The notes below the pieces were generated by a model, which did no database searches, was not told where the DNA came from, and saw nothing but the letters and a program-made list of their open reading frames with translations. A DNA stretch of 64,000 bases from an uncultured Pseudomonadota bacterium (GTDB lineage: Bacteria > Oederibacteriota > Muellerivitia > Muellerivitales > Muellerivitaceae). The DNA is taken from positions 576,001-640,000 of the forward strand of contig CAVYRH010000004.1 in the NCBI GenBank assembly GCA_963770835.1, written 5' to 3'. Made by a program: the position numbers and the translations under genes. Shown here piece after piece: positions 1-9,902 of the stretch; the first letter of the stretch is position 1, and every line of letters begins with the position of its first letter.

Positions 1-243
1 ATCGGCGTTCTCAAAACCGGTTTGAAGCATGTTGTGGTCCACGTAGGACACGGAAAGCTTGGTCTGTACCTTAGGGATGCCCATGGCCTCAAATTGGAGG
101 TAGGCCATAGTGCCGGTGGCGTCCTGGGTGAGGGTCTGGTCGATCCGGATTCCCACTTCTTCGCCTGAAACAGGGTTGCCTGAAACCAAGTGGGCATTGA
201 TGATCTTTTGAACCAAATTAAAACGTTTGGCGCTTTCCGACAT
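1..243 (-). CDS. Aconitate hydratase, N-terminal part (runs off window)
   Basis: Minus-strand ATG at 243 gives MSESAKRFNLVQKIINAHL...IRIDQTLTQDATGTMAYLQFEAMG...SYVDHN; QDATGT and VDHN are aconitase motifs. Confidence 0.85.
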   Translation of the reverse strand, partial: MSESAKRFNLVQKIINAHLVSGNPVSGEEVGIRIDQTLTQDATGTMAYLQFEAMGIPKVQTKLSVSYVDHNMLQTGFENAD

Positions 244-646
244 GAATTCCTCCAAAAAGGTTAAGAGAATATATAAAGATAGGCACGAACCGTTTGTTTT
301 GTGAGGGCCCATTATGGGTCGGCTCCGACTCCCAATTCAACCCTAATAAGGTTTTCAGCCCCTTACTCGTAAAATTTTGTAAATAACAGCAAAAATTTTC
401 GAGCTAAGGGACCGGGCGTTATTGCAGTGGTTTTGCTCATAAAACTTGAGGATATATCCCTGCTTGGTTCCGGTTTGTCCGGGTTAGGGATTCCCGTGAA
501 ACGACATTTTGGTTTGAATCGAAAAAAGGTTATCCACAGGCTAAAAATCCTTTAACGCCAAGGAAAAATCCCTGAATTGTCCTAAAATAAAAAAGATCGT
601 ATCTATATAAACACTCATTTGATGCCCATGAAAAGGAGTTGAGGAT

Positions 647-856
647 ATGCCTGCCATAACCCTCAAAATAGAAGGAATGACTTGTAACCATTGCGTTCAT
701 ACCGTTCAACAAGCCCTTTCCGCGGTTCCGGGCGTAAAAAGCGCCGAGGTTAGTCTGGACCAGAAACAGGCGGTCGTTCAATCCGAAGGCCCCTTGGACT
801 TCAACGCGGTCGAAAAAGCCGTCGAAGAAGAAGGGTATAAAGCCAGCCTCGCTTAA
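647..856 (+). CDS. copZ: Copper chaperone (HMA domain)
   Basis: 69 aa with GMTCNHC motif, directly upstream of a P1B ATPase. Confidence 0.9.
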   Translation: MPAITLKIEGMTCNHCVHTVQQALSAVPGVKSAEVSLDQKQAVVQSEGPLDFNAVEKAVEEEGYKASLA

Positions 857-877
857 GCTTGAATTTTAAAGGGTTAA

Positions 878-3094
878 ATGCAACAAAACACAGTTGATGC
901 ACCTCCTCAAGTGTCTTTTCTGCAAGCAAAGGAATCCCGGTCGGTCATCCTGGCCGTGGAAGGCATGACCTGCGCCTCCTGTGCCGCCCGCATCGAGCAC
1001 AAGCTCAAGGGCGTCCCAGGGGTCCAAAACGCCGCCGTCAACTTCGCCTCCCAAAAGGCTTATGTCCAAACCGAGGCGGCCCCTGACCTGGCCGCCCTGG
1101 AAGCGGCGGTGGAAAAGGCGGGATATTCGGCCAAGCCCTATGTTCCCGAGCCCAAAGCCTCCCGGTTGTACGAGGCGGAACAGCACCGGATGGGATGGCG
1201 GCTATTATTGGGCGGCCTCCTCATCCTTCCTTTCCTATTCGAGCACTTGCTGATGGCCGCCAAGCCCTTCCCGTTTCCCCTGGCGGTCCAAGCGGCCCTA
1301 GCCTCGGTGGTTTTCTTCGTGGTGGGCTGGCCTTTTCATAAATCCGCCCTCCGGGGCTTGAGGCATGGCGAAGTCACCATGGACACGCTGATTTCGCTGG
1401 GGTCCTCGGCGGCTTATTTTTTCTCCCTCCCCGCTCTTCTTGGTTGGAATGTGGAGACCTATTTTGACGCCGCCGGACTCATCCTCTTTTTCGTCACCCT
1501 TGGGCGGTACTTGGAAATCCTCTCCAAGCGGCGCGCCAACCGGGCCCTGGAACTGTTGATGAACCTCAAACCCCGCATCGCCCATGTCATCAAGGAAACC
1601 CACCAGGTGGACCTGCCGGTGGAAATGGTGGCGGCCGGGGACAACCTGAGCGTCCGGCCCGGGGAGGCCATCCCAGTGGACGGCTATATCCTGGAAGGAA
1701 AGGGCCGGGTGGACGAATCCCTCTTAACCGGCGAGTCCCTGCCGGCGGAAAAAAGGCCGGGTGACAAGGTTTTTGCCGGCACCTTGAACGGCACCAGCAC
1801 ACTCCATCTCAAGGCAAGGCAAGTGGGTGAGGAAACCGCCTTGGCCCATATTATCCGCCTGGTGGAGGAAGCCCAGGGGTCCAAGGCCTCGGTGCAAAAA
1901 ACCGCCGACCGGGCGGCGGCCGTTTTCGTACCGGTCGTTTTGGCCCTGGCCTTGCTGACAATCCTGGGATGGATACTCCTAGCGGGCCGTCCCCTTGGCG
2001 TGGGGCTTAGCCACGCCATCGCGGTGCTGGTCATCGCCTGCCCCTGCGCGTTGGGGCTGGCCACGCCCATCGCCCTCATGGTGGGCATCGGGGTGGCGGC
2101 ACGGCGCAGTATCTTGATCCGCCGGGCGGAAGCGCTGGAAAAGTCCAGCCGCGTGGACGTGATCGTTTTCGACAAAACCGGCACCCTGACCGAGGGAAAA
2201 CCCCGGCTGGTGGACATGATGATCCTGGACGGGTTGGAGGAGGAAAAGCTCTTGCGTTACGCCGCCGCCTTGGAAATGGGGACCAACCACCCCCTAGCTT
2301 CCGCCATATTGAAGGAAGTCATGGTGCTGGACCTGGTCGTTCCGGGCGCGGAACGGATCGTGGAAACGCCTGGCGCGGGGATCCAAGGAATGGTGGAAGG
2401 CCACCAAGTGGCTATCGGCACCAAGCCCTTTATCGAGTCCCTGGAAGGGATCATTCCCCCGCCCCAAGTGCGGGCTAATATCGAAGCCTACCGGCTGGGT
2501 GGCCAGACCGTTTCCCTGATGGCATTGGATGGCAAAATCATCGCTATCCTGGCCATGGAGGACCCGCCCCACTCCGACGCCAAGGAAGTTATCCAAAAAC
2601 TCAAGGGGCTGGGTTTAAAGGTGCATCTTTTAACCGGCGACGGGGAAGTGGTGGCCCAAAAAGTCGCTGAAAGGGTGGGGGTGGACGTGGTTAAGGCCAA
2701 TATGGACCCTGCCGGCAAGCTGGATTACATCCGAAGCCTCCAAAAGCAAGGTTTGAGGGTGGCGATGGTCGGGGACGGTTACAACGACGCGGCGGCCCTG
2801 ACCGCAGCGGACCTGGGGATCGCCATGGGATCGGGTACGGACGTGGCCAAGGAAGCGGGTGACATGGTTCTCATCCAGGGGGGGCTCCCGAAGGTGATCG
2901 AAGCCATCCAGCTCTCCCGGGCGACTTTCGAGGTCATCCGGCAAAACCTGTTCTGGGCCTTCGCCTACAACCTGGTGGCCCTGCCCTTGGCCATCTTCAC
3001 CCAGGTGCCCCCGGCCCTGGCGGCTTTGGCCATGTCCCTTTCCTCGGTGACGGTGGTGTTGAACGCGCTGAGGCTTTACGGGAAGAAGTTTTAA
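878..3094 (+). CDS. copA: Heavy-metal (Cu+)-translocating P1B-type ATPase
   Basis: GMTCASC HMA domain, TGES, CPC, DKTGT, HP, GDGxND and YN motifs. Confidence 0.93.
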   Translation: MQQNTVDAPPQVSFLQAKESRSVILAVEGMTCASCAARIEHKLKGVPGVQNAAVNFASQKAYVQTEAAPDLAALEAAVEKAGYSAKPYVPEPKASRLYEAEQHRMGWRLLLGGLLILPFLFEHLLMAAKPFPFPLAVQAALASVVFFVVGWPFHKSALRGLRHGEVTMDTLISLGSSAAYFFSLPALLGWNVETYFDAAGLILFFVTLGRYLEILSKRRANRALELLMNLKPRIAHVIKETHQVDLPVEMVAAGDNLSVRPGEAIPVDGYILEGKGRVDESLLTGESLPAEKRPGDKVFAGTLNGTSTLHLKARQVGEETALAHIIRLVEEAQGSKASVQKTADRAAAVFVPVVLALALLTILGWILLAGRPLGVGLSHAIAVLVIACPCALGLATPIALMVGIGVAARRSILIRRAEALEKSSRVDVIVFDKTGTLTEGKPRLVDMMILDGLEEEKLLRYAAALEMGTNHPLASAILKEVMVLDLVVPGAERIVETPGAGIQGMVEGHQVAIGTKPFIESLEGIIPPPQVRANIEAYRLGGQTVSLMALDGKIIAILAMEDPPHSDAKEVIQKLKGLGLKVHLLTGDGEVVAQKVAERVGVDVVKANMDPAGKLDYIRSLQKQGLRVAMVGDGYNDAAALTAADLGIAMGSGTDVAKEAGDMVLIQGGLPKVIEAIQLSRATFEVIRQNLFWAFAYNLVALPLAIFTQVPPALAALAMSLSSVTVVLNALRLYGKKF

Positions 3095-3095
3095 A
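3032..3095 (+). repeat. copA 3' end, copy 1 of an imperfect direct repeat
   Basis: atgtccctttcc...gaacgcgctgaggctttacgggaagaagttttaaa matches 3759-3822. Confidence 0.85.
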
Positions 3096-3101
3096 GGTAT
3101 A

Positions 3102-3119
3102 TTAAACAGGTCTGTTCAA
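3102..3119. promoter_or_regulatory. Probable TA autoregulatory operator
   Basis: Near-palindrome TTAAACAG-GT-CTGTTCAA about 20 bp before the antitoxin ATG. Confidence 0.45.
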
Positions 3120-3139
3120 CAAGTCGGTTGGAGAAAACC

Positions 3140-3367
3140 ATGAAAACCATCGGGGCCTTCGAGGCCAAAACCCATCTCGCTGATCTCCTGCAAAAAGTAG
3201 CCCGGGGCGAAGTTTATGTCATTACCCGCCGGGGGAAGCCGCTAGCCGAATTACGCGCGGTGGAAAGCCGCCGGGAATCACCCCGTTTTGGCCGTTGGAA
3301 AGGCCAAATCAAGATTGCCAAGGATTTTGACGCGCCCCTGGATGATTTTAAGGGCTATACCGATTGA
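3140..3367 (+). CDS. Phd/YefM family antitoxin
   Basis: MKTIGAFEAKTHLADLL...VITRRGKP; overlaps the toxin start by 4 nt. Confidence 0.9.
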   Translation: MKTIGAFEAKTHLADLLQKVARGEVYVITRRGKPLAELRAVESRRESPRFGRWKGQIKIAKDFDAPLDDFKGYTD

Positions 3368-3747
3368 AACTTCTCCTCGACACCCAAATCGTCCTCTGGT
3401 TTTCGGCTGGGGACAGCCGCCTTACCGCCAAAGTCCGGACCACCCTCGAACAGCCCCGGGCGGAACTCCATATCAGCTCGGCGAGTGTTTGGGAAATGGC
3501 CGTCAAATCCTCCTTGGGGAAATTGGATTTGCCTAAAAGCCTGGGGCCTTTTATGGAAGACTGTTGGGAGGATGGATTCCTTCCCCTGCCGGTGGACTGG
3601 AGGCACGCGGCGGCGGTCCAAGCTTTGCCGTTCCATCATCGCGACCCCTTCGACCGGATATTGGCCGCCCAAGCCCAGGTCGAGGGGATGACCCTTGTCA
3701 GTTCGGACAAGGCTTTCAAGGCTTATAAAATCCACTTGCTTTGGTGA
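3364..3747 (+). CDS. vapC: VapC-type PIN domain toxin
   Basis: LLDTQ, SVWE, HRDPFDR and SSD PIN motifs. Confidence 0.9.
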   Translation: MKLLLDTQIVLWFSAGDSRLTAKVRTTLEQPRAELHISSASVWEMAVKSSLGKLDLPKSLGPFMEDCWEDGFLPLPVDWRHAAAVQALPFHHRDPFDRILAAQAQVEGMTLVSSDKAFKAYKIHLLW

Positions 3748-3758
3748 AGACGCGGGAT

Positions 3759-3822
3759 ATGTCCTTTCCCCCTGTGACGCCGGTGCTGAACGCGCTGGGG
3801 CTTTATGAGAAGAAGTTTTAAA
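3759..3822 (+). repeat. Degenerate duplicate of the copA 3' end (copy 2)
   Basis: atgtcctttccccctgtgacgccggtgctgaacgcgctggggctttatgagaagaagttttaaa. Confidence 0.85.
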
Positions 3823-3843
3823 TATTAGAAGTTGTCCACGACG

Positions 3844-5784
3844 GTGCGTCCAGAAAAGGCAGGTGTGTTCAGCAAGAGATAGTCTTGCATGGGTAATAGC
3901 CAAAGCCCATTAGCTAGGATGGCAGGCAAGCGGGAAACCAAATGCCTGAAGCCCATCAACAAAGCCATCGAAAGGATGGTGAGCGAGTCGTCGGGCCGTA
4001 ACGAAAGTAAATGCACAGGTGGCCCCGAAAACACTTGCCTCGGAGGCTGAGTCCGCCGTCGTGGGACGAAAGCATCATGGGACAGCGCGGAGAAATGGCT
4101 GAAGCGCTGGAACACTCCGACGGGGTGATAGCAACGGCACGAAGACAAGGACACGCCAAGCAACTGGAGAAACCCTCCTTGCCCCAGGCAGAAATGCTTG
4201 GAGAAAGGTAGGCCGTATAACCGTGACGCGGGAAAACGGTCGAAGGTGAGAGGGTTTAGGATGGGTTCATGGTAGCGATGAAGCGGGGTAATGCCCGTGG
4301 AGCGAAGGAACCCTGCTGTTGTTAAGTCCCTCGACAAAACGGAAGGCAGTGACGGTATGAAAAAGACGTCAATTAACCTGCAAGACCTGAGACGAGAGAT
4401 ATACGTCAAAGCGAAGGCTGAAAAGAACTGGAGTTTCTGGGGACTGTACACCCATGTTTGCAAGATGGAAACGCTTCAACAGGCTTACCGAATGGCTAAG
4501 GTAAATAACGGAGCCCCTGGAATAGATGGGGTGACGTTTGATGCCATTGAGGAGGCCGGAGTGGAGTCGTTTCTGGAAAGCATCCGGGGTGAATTAGTTC
4601 AAGGCACGTATAAGCCCGTTCGAAACCGGAAGAAGGAAATACCCAAGGGAAATGGGAAGGTAAGAGTCCTTGGGATACCCAACATTCGGGATAGAGTAGT
4701 CCAGGGAGCACTGAAGTTTATTCTGGAACCGATTTTTGAGGCCGATTTTCAAGAAGGGTCCTATGGGTATCGACCCAAGCGGACCGCTCATGCGGCTGTG
4801 AACAGGGTAGCATCGGCAATCGTCTGTAGAAAAACCCGAGTCATTGATGTAGACCTCAAGGCATATTTCGACACGGTAAGGCACGACCTTCTGATGAAGA
4901 AAGTTGCCCGAAGGGTTGAGGATGAAACGGTGTTGAGATTGTTGAGGATGATCCTGAAGGCCAGCGGCAAAAGAGGAGTCCCGCAGGGAGGGGTTATTTC
5001 CCCTCTTCTGGCTAATCTCTACCTCAACGAGGTGGATAAGATGCTGGAAAAGGCAAAAGAAGTGACTCGGCAAGGGAAGAACAACTATATCGAATATGCG
5101 AGGTTCGCTGACGATATGGTGATCCTTGTTAATGGATATCCGCAATGGGAATGGTTGGCAAAGGCTGCCTACCGAAGGTTACTTGAAGAATTGACCAAGC
5201 TCGACTTGCAAATCAACACGGACAAGACGCGGATAGCAGACTTAACGAAAGGTGAAAGTTTCGGGTTTCTGGGGTTTGACTTTCGACAGGTGAAAACCCG
5301 TCGAGGGAAATGGGGGGTGAAGTTCACGCCGAAAATGAAGGCGCGAGCAACACTTCTGGGTAAGCTCAAGGAAACATTTGGAAGCTTCCAATCTCAGCCG
5401 GTGCAGAGGGTGATTGAGATTATCAATCCCAAACTGCGTGGGTGGGTGAATTACTTTCGGATAGGGAATTCTAGGCGCTGTTTTAACTACGTGGAAAGAT
5501 GGGTCGAGAATAAAATCAGACGGCATATGATGCGTGCGAAGAAGCTCGACGGTTTTGGGCGGGATAGGTGGAGTAGGGAGTGGATATATAAGTATCTGGG
5601 GTTGTACAGAAGCTACCAAATACGATATTACCAAGAACCGAAAGCGCTACCCGTCTGATAGGTCACATAAACTTTGACAGGAAAGCAACAGGTGAGCGTA
5701 GTGCGGGAAATCCGCACGCTACGTTCGAGGAGGCGGGGACTGGAAACGGAGCCAGAAGGCCACCGCACCAGTCCTCGACCCTAC
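3844..5784 (+). mobile_element. Group II intron (ribozyme plus intron-encoded RT)
   Basis: 5' GTGCG at 3844; domain V GAGCGTAGTGCGGGAAATCCGCACGCTACGTTC from 5694; domain VI ending ...CCCTAC at 5784; EBS1 CGTCGT (4057-4062) complements exon IBS1 ACGACG (3838-3843). Confidence 0.92.
4357..5658 (+). CDS. ltrA: Group II intron reverse transcriptase/maturase without endonuclease domain
   Basis: APGIDG, RVLGIP, SYGYRP, PQGGVISP, FADD, FLGFDF and maturase GWVNYF motifs; no HNH tail. Confidence 0.93.
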   Translation: MKKTSINLQDLRREIYVKAKAEKNWSFWGLYTHVCKMETLQQAYRMAKVNNGAPGIDGVTFDAIEEAGVESFLESIRGELVQGTYKPVRNRKKEIPKGNGKVRVLGIPNIRDRVVQGALKFILEPIFEADFQEGSYGYRPKRTAHAAVNRVASAIVCRKTRVIDVDLKAYFDTVRHDLLMKKVARRVEDETVLRLLRMILKASGKRGVPQGGVISPLLANLYLNEVDKMLEKAKEVTRQGKNNYIEYARFADDMVILVNGYPQWEWLAKAAYRRLLEELTKLDLQINTDKTRIADLTKGESFGFLGFDFRQVKTRRGKWGVKFTPKMKARATLLGKLKETFGSFQSQPVQRVIEIINPKLRGWVNYFRIGNSRRCFNYVERWVENKIRRHMMRAKKLDGFGRDRWSREWIYKYLGLYRSYQIRYYQEPKALPV

Positions 5785-5848
5785 GGGAGCCTGATTGGAC
5801 AGACACAATGGGCCGACCGGACATCTTTTGAAATATGAGGTGTGCCTC

Positions 5849-6256
5849 ATGACGCAGATCGTCCCCATTCAACGAAAATACATAAAAGGCTTTAGGGATG
5901 CGCTTGACTATGTGGCCAGGGAAGAGAAGTACCTTTTCATACTGAAAGCCCCCTCTTTCTATGAAGTCGAACGCGTCGTTCTTTTGAACATTTAAAATAA
6001 GGTCACTCAGTTCGTGGTATTGGACGGGGATCAAGTGGTCGGCTGGTGTGACATCTGACCCCAAAATCATCCAACGACCAAACATATTGGGGTCCTCGCG
6101 ATGGGTTTATTGCCCCATTACCGGCGAAAAGGGATCGGGGCCGAACTGATGCGGGAGTGTTTGAGGCATGCCAAAAAGCGGGGGATCTCCCTGATAAGCG
6201 CGGACAAGGACATTCTTTCGCTGCGTTCCCGCTTTTCATGGATCAAGGCGGTCTAG
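5849..6256 (+). pseudogene. GNAT acetyltransferase pseudogene
   Basis: One frame with internal TAA (5993-5995) and TGA stops: ...VVGWCDI*PQ...GVLAMGLLPHYRRKGIGAELM (acetyl-CoA motif A). Confidence 0.75.
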
Positions 6257-6468
6257 TCAAAGCCAGCCTATCAATTTGAGGGGTTTCCTGCGAAGAAAGT
6301 AACAAAATATTAAACACAACCCGCTGTTTGCCGAGCAAAAAAGCGTACAATCAAATTGATCGGGCGGCTTCTTAGCCCTGGTCCCCGGCCCCGGCGAATG
6401 TCCTAAGGGAATCCGAACCAAGCTTCCAACCCCCATTTGGTTCAACCAACTCGGCCCTTCAAATCACT

Positions 6469-6479
6469 ATCATTTTGAT
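6469..6479. promoter_or_regulatory. ATCATTTTGAT site upstream of the sigma54 activator gene (second site ATCAAATTGAT at 6350-6360)
   Basis: Same motif as the paired enhancers at 9058, 10919, 12253 and 14053. Confidence 0.55.
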
Positions 6480-6512
6480 TACTTGAAGATTGACGTCTTC
6501 AATGAGGTGTTT

Positions 6513-8142
6513 ATGCGCGTGGAAGACCTTGATTTAAAAGAACTTTTGGAATTAAACCCCGGCGGTGGAATGGTCCATTTCGCCGGCGAGCGAGCCTTGA
6601 TCATGGACGCGGTGGCCCAGGGGCTGCTCCGCAAAGAACTCATCGAAACCTACGGTGAAAGGACGGCCCGGGGCATCCTCAGCCGTTACGGCTATATCCA
6701 CGGCAGGCGCCTGGCGTTGGCCCTGAAATCCAAATTCAAATGGGACAGTAATGAGGACTGGCAAAAGGCCGGAACCCGGATCATGGCCCTCCAGGGCCTT
6801 TTCATGCTGGACCCGGACAGCCCCGACGCCTTTGGGCCCGAGGGCGGTACCTGGCGCGTTTCCTACGAGGCCGAACAGCACCTGCTGCTGAAGGGCCGGT
6901 CGGACAAGCCCGTCTGCTGGAACCTTTGCGGGCTTATCAGCGGTTACCTGAGTTTCGCCACGGGGAAGGAAATGTACGCCTTGGAGGATAAGTGCGTGGG
7001 AAAGGGCGACACCGCCTGCCATGTGATGATCAAGTCCGAGGCCGAATGGGGTGAGGAAGCCGGCGGTGAATTGGCCGTCTTCAAGCGGGTGGGAATCGAC
7101 AACGCCCTGCGGGAAGTCACCTCCACGCTCAAACGCACGGAAAGCGAATTGCGGGAGAAGACCCGCAAACTGGCGGTCATCGCCCAAATCGAGGAAGACC
7201 CGGCCGAACTCATGGCGCGGAGCCCCGAAATGCGCAAACTCATGGAATTGGCCAAGACCATCGCCGCCATCGATTCCACGGTGCTGATCACGGGCGAAAG
7301 TGGCACGGGCAAGGAAAGGGTGGCGCGGTTTGTCCACGACCATTCGGCCCACGCGGCGGGCCCCTTTATCGCTGTCAATTGCGGGGCCATCACCGAGACC
7401 CTGCTGGAAAGCGAGCTTTTCGGCCATGCCCGCGGGGCCTTTACCGGCGCCACGGCGGACCGGCCGGGACTCTTTCGAGGCGGCCAACGGCGGCACGCTT
7501 TTCCTGGACGAAGTCGGCGAGATCACCCTTCCCATGCAGGTGAAGCTCCTTCGGGCGCTCCAGGAGAGGGAAGTGAGGCGCGTGGGGGAAAACAAGAACC
7601 GTCCCATCCATGTGCGCATCCTCAGCGCCACCAACAAGGACCTGAAGGCTGAGGTGGCCGATAAGAAATTCCGAGAGGATCTCTATTACCGCCTGAATGT
7701 GGTCGAACTGGCCGTCCCGCCCCTGCGCAAGCGCCGGGAGGATATCCTCCCCCTGGCCCGGCTCCTTCTCGCGGAATCCGCCATTCAAATGAAGCGGCCC
7801 GTGGATGGCTTGACCTCCAAGGCGGCCGACCAGCTATTGGGCTACGCCTGGCCCGGCAACGTGCGCGAGCTGGCCAACGCCATGGAACGCGCGGTGGCCG
7901 TGGCCAAGACGAACCGCGTGGATGTGGAGGACCTTCCCACCCAGGCGAACCCGGTGATGCCGCTGGTTTCCGACAAGGGAGCGCCCCGGTTTTTAAAGGA
8001 CGTGGAGAAGGATTGTATTATGTCCGCGCTGGAGAAAACCGAAGGCAACCGGAGAAAAGCCGCCGATTTGATGGGCTTGGGCGTGGCCACGCTCTACCGG
8101 AAGCTCAAGGCTTACAAGCTATTGGACCTGGTTAAAGACTAA
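6513..8142 (+). pseudogene. Sigma54-dependent activator (XylR_N + V4R + AAA+ + Fis HTH), frameshifted near 7473
   Basis: ORF 6483-7652 carries XylR_N/V4R, GESGTGKE and GAFTGA; ORF 7300-8142 carries FLDEVGE, WPGNVREL and the HTH ATLYRKL; an extra T in ggactcTTTcgag joins them. Confidence 0.85.
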
Positions 8143-8215
8143 ACGGCAGCTGACAGTCGACAGTCCGCGGCTTGAACCACTGCCAACTGTGAGCTGATAC
8201 CTGCCACCTGCCGTT
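8142..8215. repeat. Heptamer-periodic inverted repeat between convergent genes
   Basis: aacggcagctgacagtcgacagtcc...ctgtgagctg...ctgccacctgccgtt. Confidence 0.65.
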
Positions 8216-8912
8216 ACGTCAGGTCGAAAAGAAGTATTTCCGTGGGCCCCAGGGCCGTGAAAGAAACGGCATTTTCGCCCGAAAAACCCGCCCCATCCCC
8301 CGCTTGAAGTTGAAGGCCGTTCAAGCCGATCCCGCCTTTGACCACGTGAAGCCAAGCCTTCCGACCGGGTTTCAGCTCATGGATCATGTGGTTCCCTTTG
8401 TGGATGAGCGTTGAGTACATTTGGACGTCCTGCTGGATCTTCAGCGAGGCTTCTTTACCGTCGGGGGAGGCGATGAGCCTCAGGATTCCCTTGCGCTCGG
8501 CGAGGGTGAAGAGTCTTTTACTCCCCCCCGGCTCCAACACACCTACGCCCGGGGTGAATCCGCTTTGGAAGACATGCGCGGCGTCGGAAGGCGAGGCGTT
8601 GAAGGTGTATTGTTTGGCGCCCAGGGCGGCATTAACGTGGAAGAAATCCCCCGGTTCCATCAAGCCGTTTTGCCCCAAAGGGCCGTTGCAGATCACCACG
8701 CCCTCGTGGACATAGGTCACCACCACCATGTCCTTGTGAGTATGGAGAATGAACGCCCTGCCGGGGAAAATCTCCTCTTCGTTGAATATCTTGAGCGCGC
8801 CGAATCCCTTTTGCAGGGGATCGTCCTTATTTTCCCAGTCGAAGGTCATCCAAGTGGTTTGGTCCTCATTGGCGATGTGGCGGCGTTCCGCGGACTTTCT
8901 CACCGAGATCAT
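8214..8912 (-). CDS. Pirin-family bicupin (YhhW/YhaK-like)
   Basis: FGALKIFNEE, HTHKDM, LIASPDG...IQQD and WLHVVKG are typical of YhhW. Confidence 0.85.
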   Translation of the reverse strand: MISVRKSAERRHIANEDQTTWMTFDWENKDDPLQKGFGALKIFNEEEIFPGRAFILHTHKDMVVVTYVHEGVVICNGPLGQNGLMEPGDFFHVNAALGAKQYTFNASPSDAAHVFQSGFTPGVGVLEPGGSKRLFTLAERKGILRLIASPDGKEASLKIQQDVQMYSTLIHKGNHMIHELKPGRKAWLHVVKGGIGLNGLQLQAGDGAGFSGENAVSFTALGPTEILLFDLT

Positions 8913-8980
8913 AACCACCCTCACATGAAGCAAAATTATTTTGAATTAAGAGAAGCCCCAAAAAGCTAAACAGTTATATA

Positions 8981-8996
8981 AGCAAGAAATAAGCCG
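8981..8996 (-). promoter_or_regulatory. Sigma54 -24/-12 promoter of the pirin gene
   Basis: Minus strand cGGCTTATTTCTTGCt (GG-N10-GC). Confidence 0.6.
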
Positions 8997-9057
8997 CGCG
9001 TTCGGCCGCTTTTTGCCCGTGTTTTGGGACTTCATGGGAATGGTCTTTTCGAAAGAA

Positions 9058-9090
9058 ATCAAAATGAGGGTCAGGGACGATCATTTTGAT
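9058..9090. promoter_or_regulatory. Paired enhancer (UAS) 1
   Basis: ATCAAAATGA-N13-TCATTTTGAT. Confidence 0.75.
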
Positions 9091-9198
9091 CGGTTGGAAC
9101 CAAGCAAAGAGCCGATCAAAAAATTCTCCAACCGACTGGAATCAATTTTCTTCCTTTGTTCGGGGAGGGTTCGGGGGTTTCGTGTTCCGGAAACTTCG

Positions 9199-9214
9199 AG
9201 GCACGTTCCTTGCT
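9199..9214 (+). promoter_or_regulatory. Sigma54 promoter
   Basis: aGGCACGTTCCTTGCt, near consensus. Confidence 0.8.
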
Positions 9215-9252
9215 CTAACCCTGTCTTGATAATGCATTCAAAGGAGAAATTC

Positions 9253-9528
9253 ATGCACGGTTCGATGGAGCTTCACCATTTCGTTTGGTTTTTGATCGTC
9301 GGCGGGTTGGCGGGATGGATCGCCAGTGTTTTGGTCAAGGGAGAGGGGTCGGGAATTATCGGGGATATCGTCCTCGGCGTTATCGGGGGGTTCATGGGCG
9401 GGTATTTCGCCTACCAATTCAACCTCAACGTTTATGGTTTTTGGGGCGCCCTCGGGATGGCGGTTTTGGGAGCGGTCGTTCTCCTGGCCGCCCTCCGGGT
9501 CTTTTGGCGTCCAAGGGGATTCGCTTAA
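9253..9528 (+). CDS. GlsB/YeaQ/YmgE (transglycosylase-associated) membrane protein
   Basis: LIVGGLAGWIA...GIIGDIVLGVIGG; AAGGAG RBS. Confidence 0.85.
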   Translation: MHGSMELHHFVWFLIVGGLAGWIASVLVKGEGSGIIGDIVLGVIGGFMGGYFAYQFNLNVYGFWGALGMAVLGAVVLLAALRVFWRPRGFA

Positions 9529-9617
9529 GAGCCGCCAACATCGGATTAACCATACCGAATGCCTTTGGCATCCGGTGCAACTCACCCAAGCCGTTCCAAG
9601 CTGGAAAAGGAGTAGGT

Positions 9618-9824
9618 ATGAAAAATTCACTGAAGTACTTGTTGGGGGTTGTGTTTCTAATGAGCTGTGGGATCGCGATGGCCGATGACGACCATCGTGA
9701 CGATCATGACCGGGCCCGTGTCATTATCGTGCCGGCAAGGCCCCATCACCACCGCCATCATTACTATCCGGTCGCCCATAACAATGTCGAGCTAAAGGTA
9801 GGGATCGGAACCGATCACCATTGA
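9618..9824 (+). CDS. Small secreted His/Asp-rich protein
   Basis: AAGGAG RBS, signal peptide ending AMA, then DDDHRDDHD...HHHRHH. Confidence 0.6.
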   Translation: MKNSLKYLLGVVFLMSCGIAMADDDHRDDHDRARVIIVPARPHHHRHHYYPVAHNNVELKVGIGTDHH

Positions 9825-9902
9825 TGGGTTGATTTCATGAGGGCATCAAGGATAGGTTTAATTAAGCCGGTTGGGGCATCACTTTAAGTGGGGGAGGTTT
9901 TT

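Noticed and set aside
244..646. CsoR or CueR operator upstream of copZ
   Set aside because: Only a short GGATATATCC palindrome (about 450-459) is present and it does not match the known operators; no copper regulator gene lies in the window.
3096..3843. TA module as an integron cassette
   Set aside because: No attC-type RYYYAAC...GTTRRRY structure or integrase seen; the flanks are explained by the copA-end duplication.
4357..5658. RT as a retron, DGR or CRISPR-associated RT
   Set aside because: It has a maturase domain and lies within canonical group II intron ends; no template/variable repeat pair, msr-msd or cas genes are seen.
3833..5801. TGTCCA/TGGACA inverted pair across the intron insertion site as a hairpin target
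   Set aside because: Only 6 bp, so plausible by chance; EBS1-IBS1 pairing already explains the site.
5849..6256. In-frame TGA as evidence of recoding or an alternative genetic code
   Set aside because: The same frame also has a TAA, and many genes in the window end in TGA.
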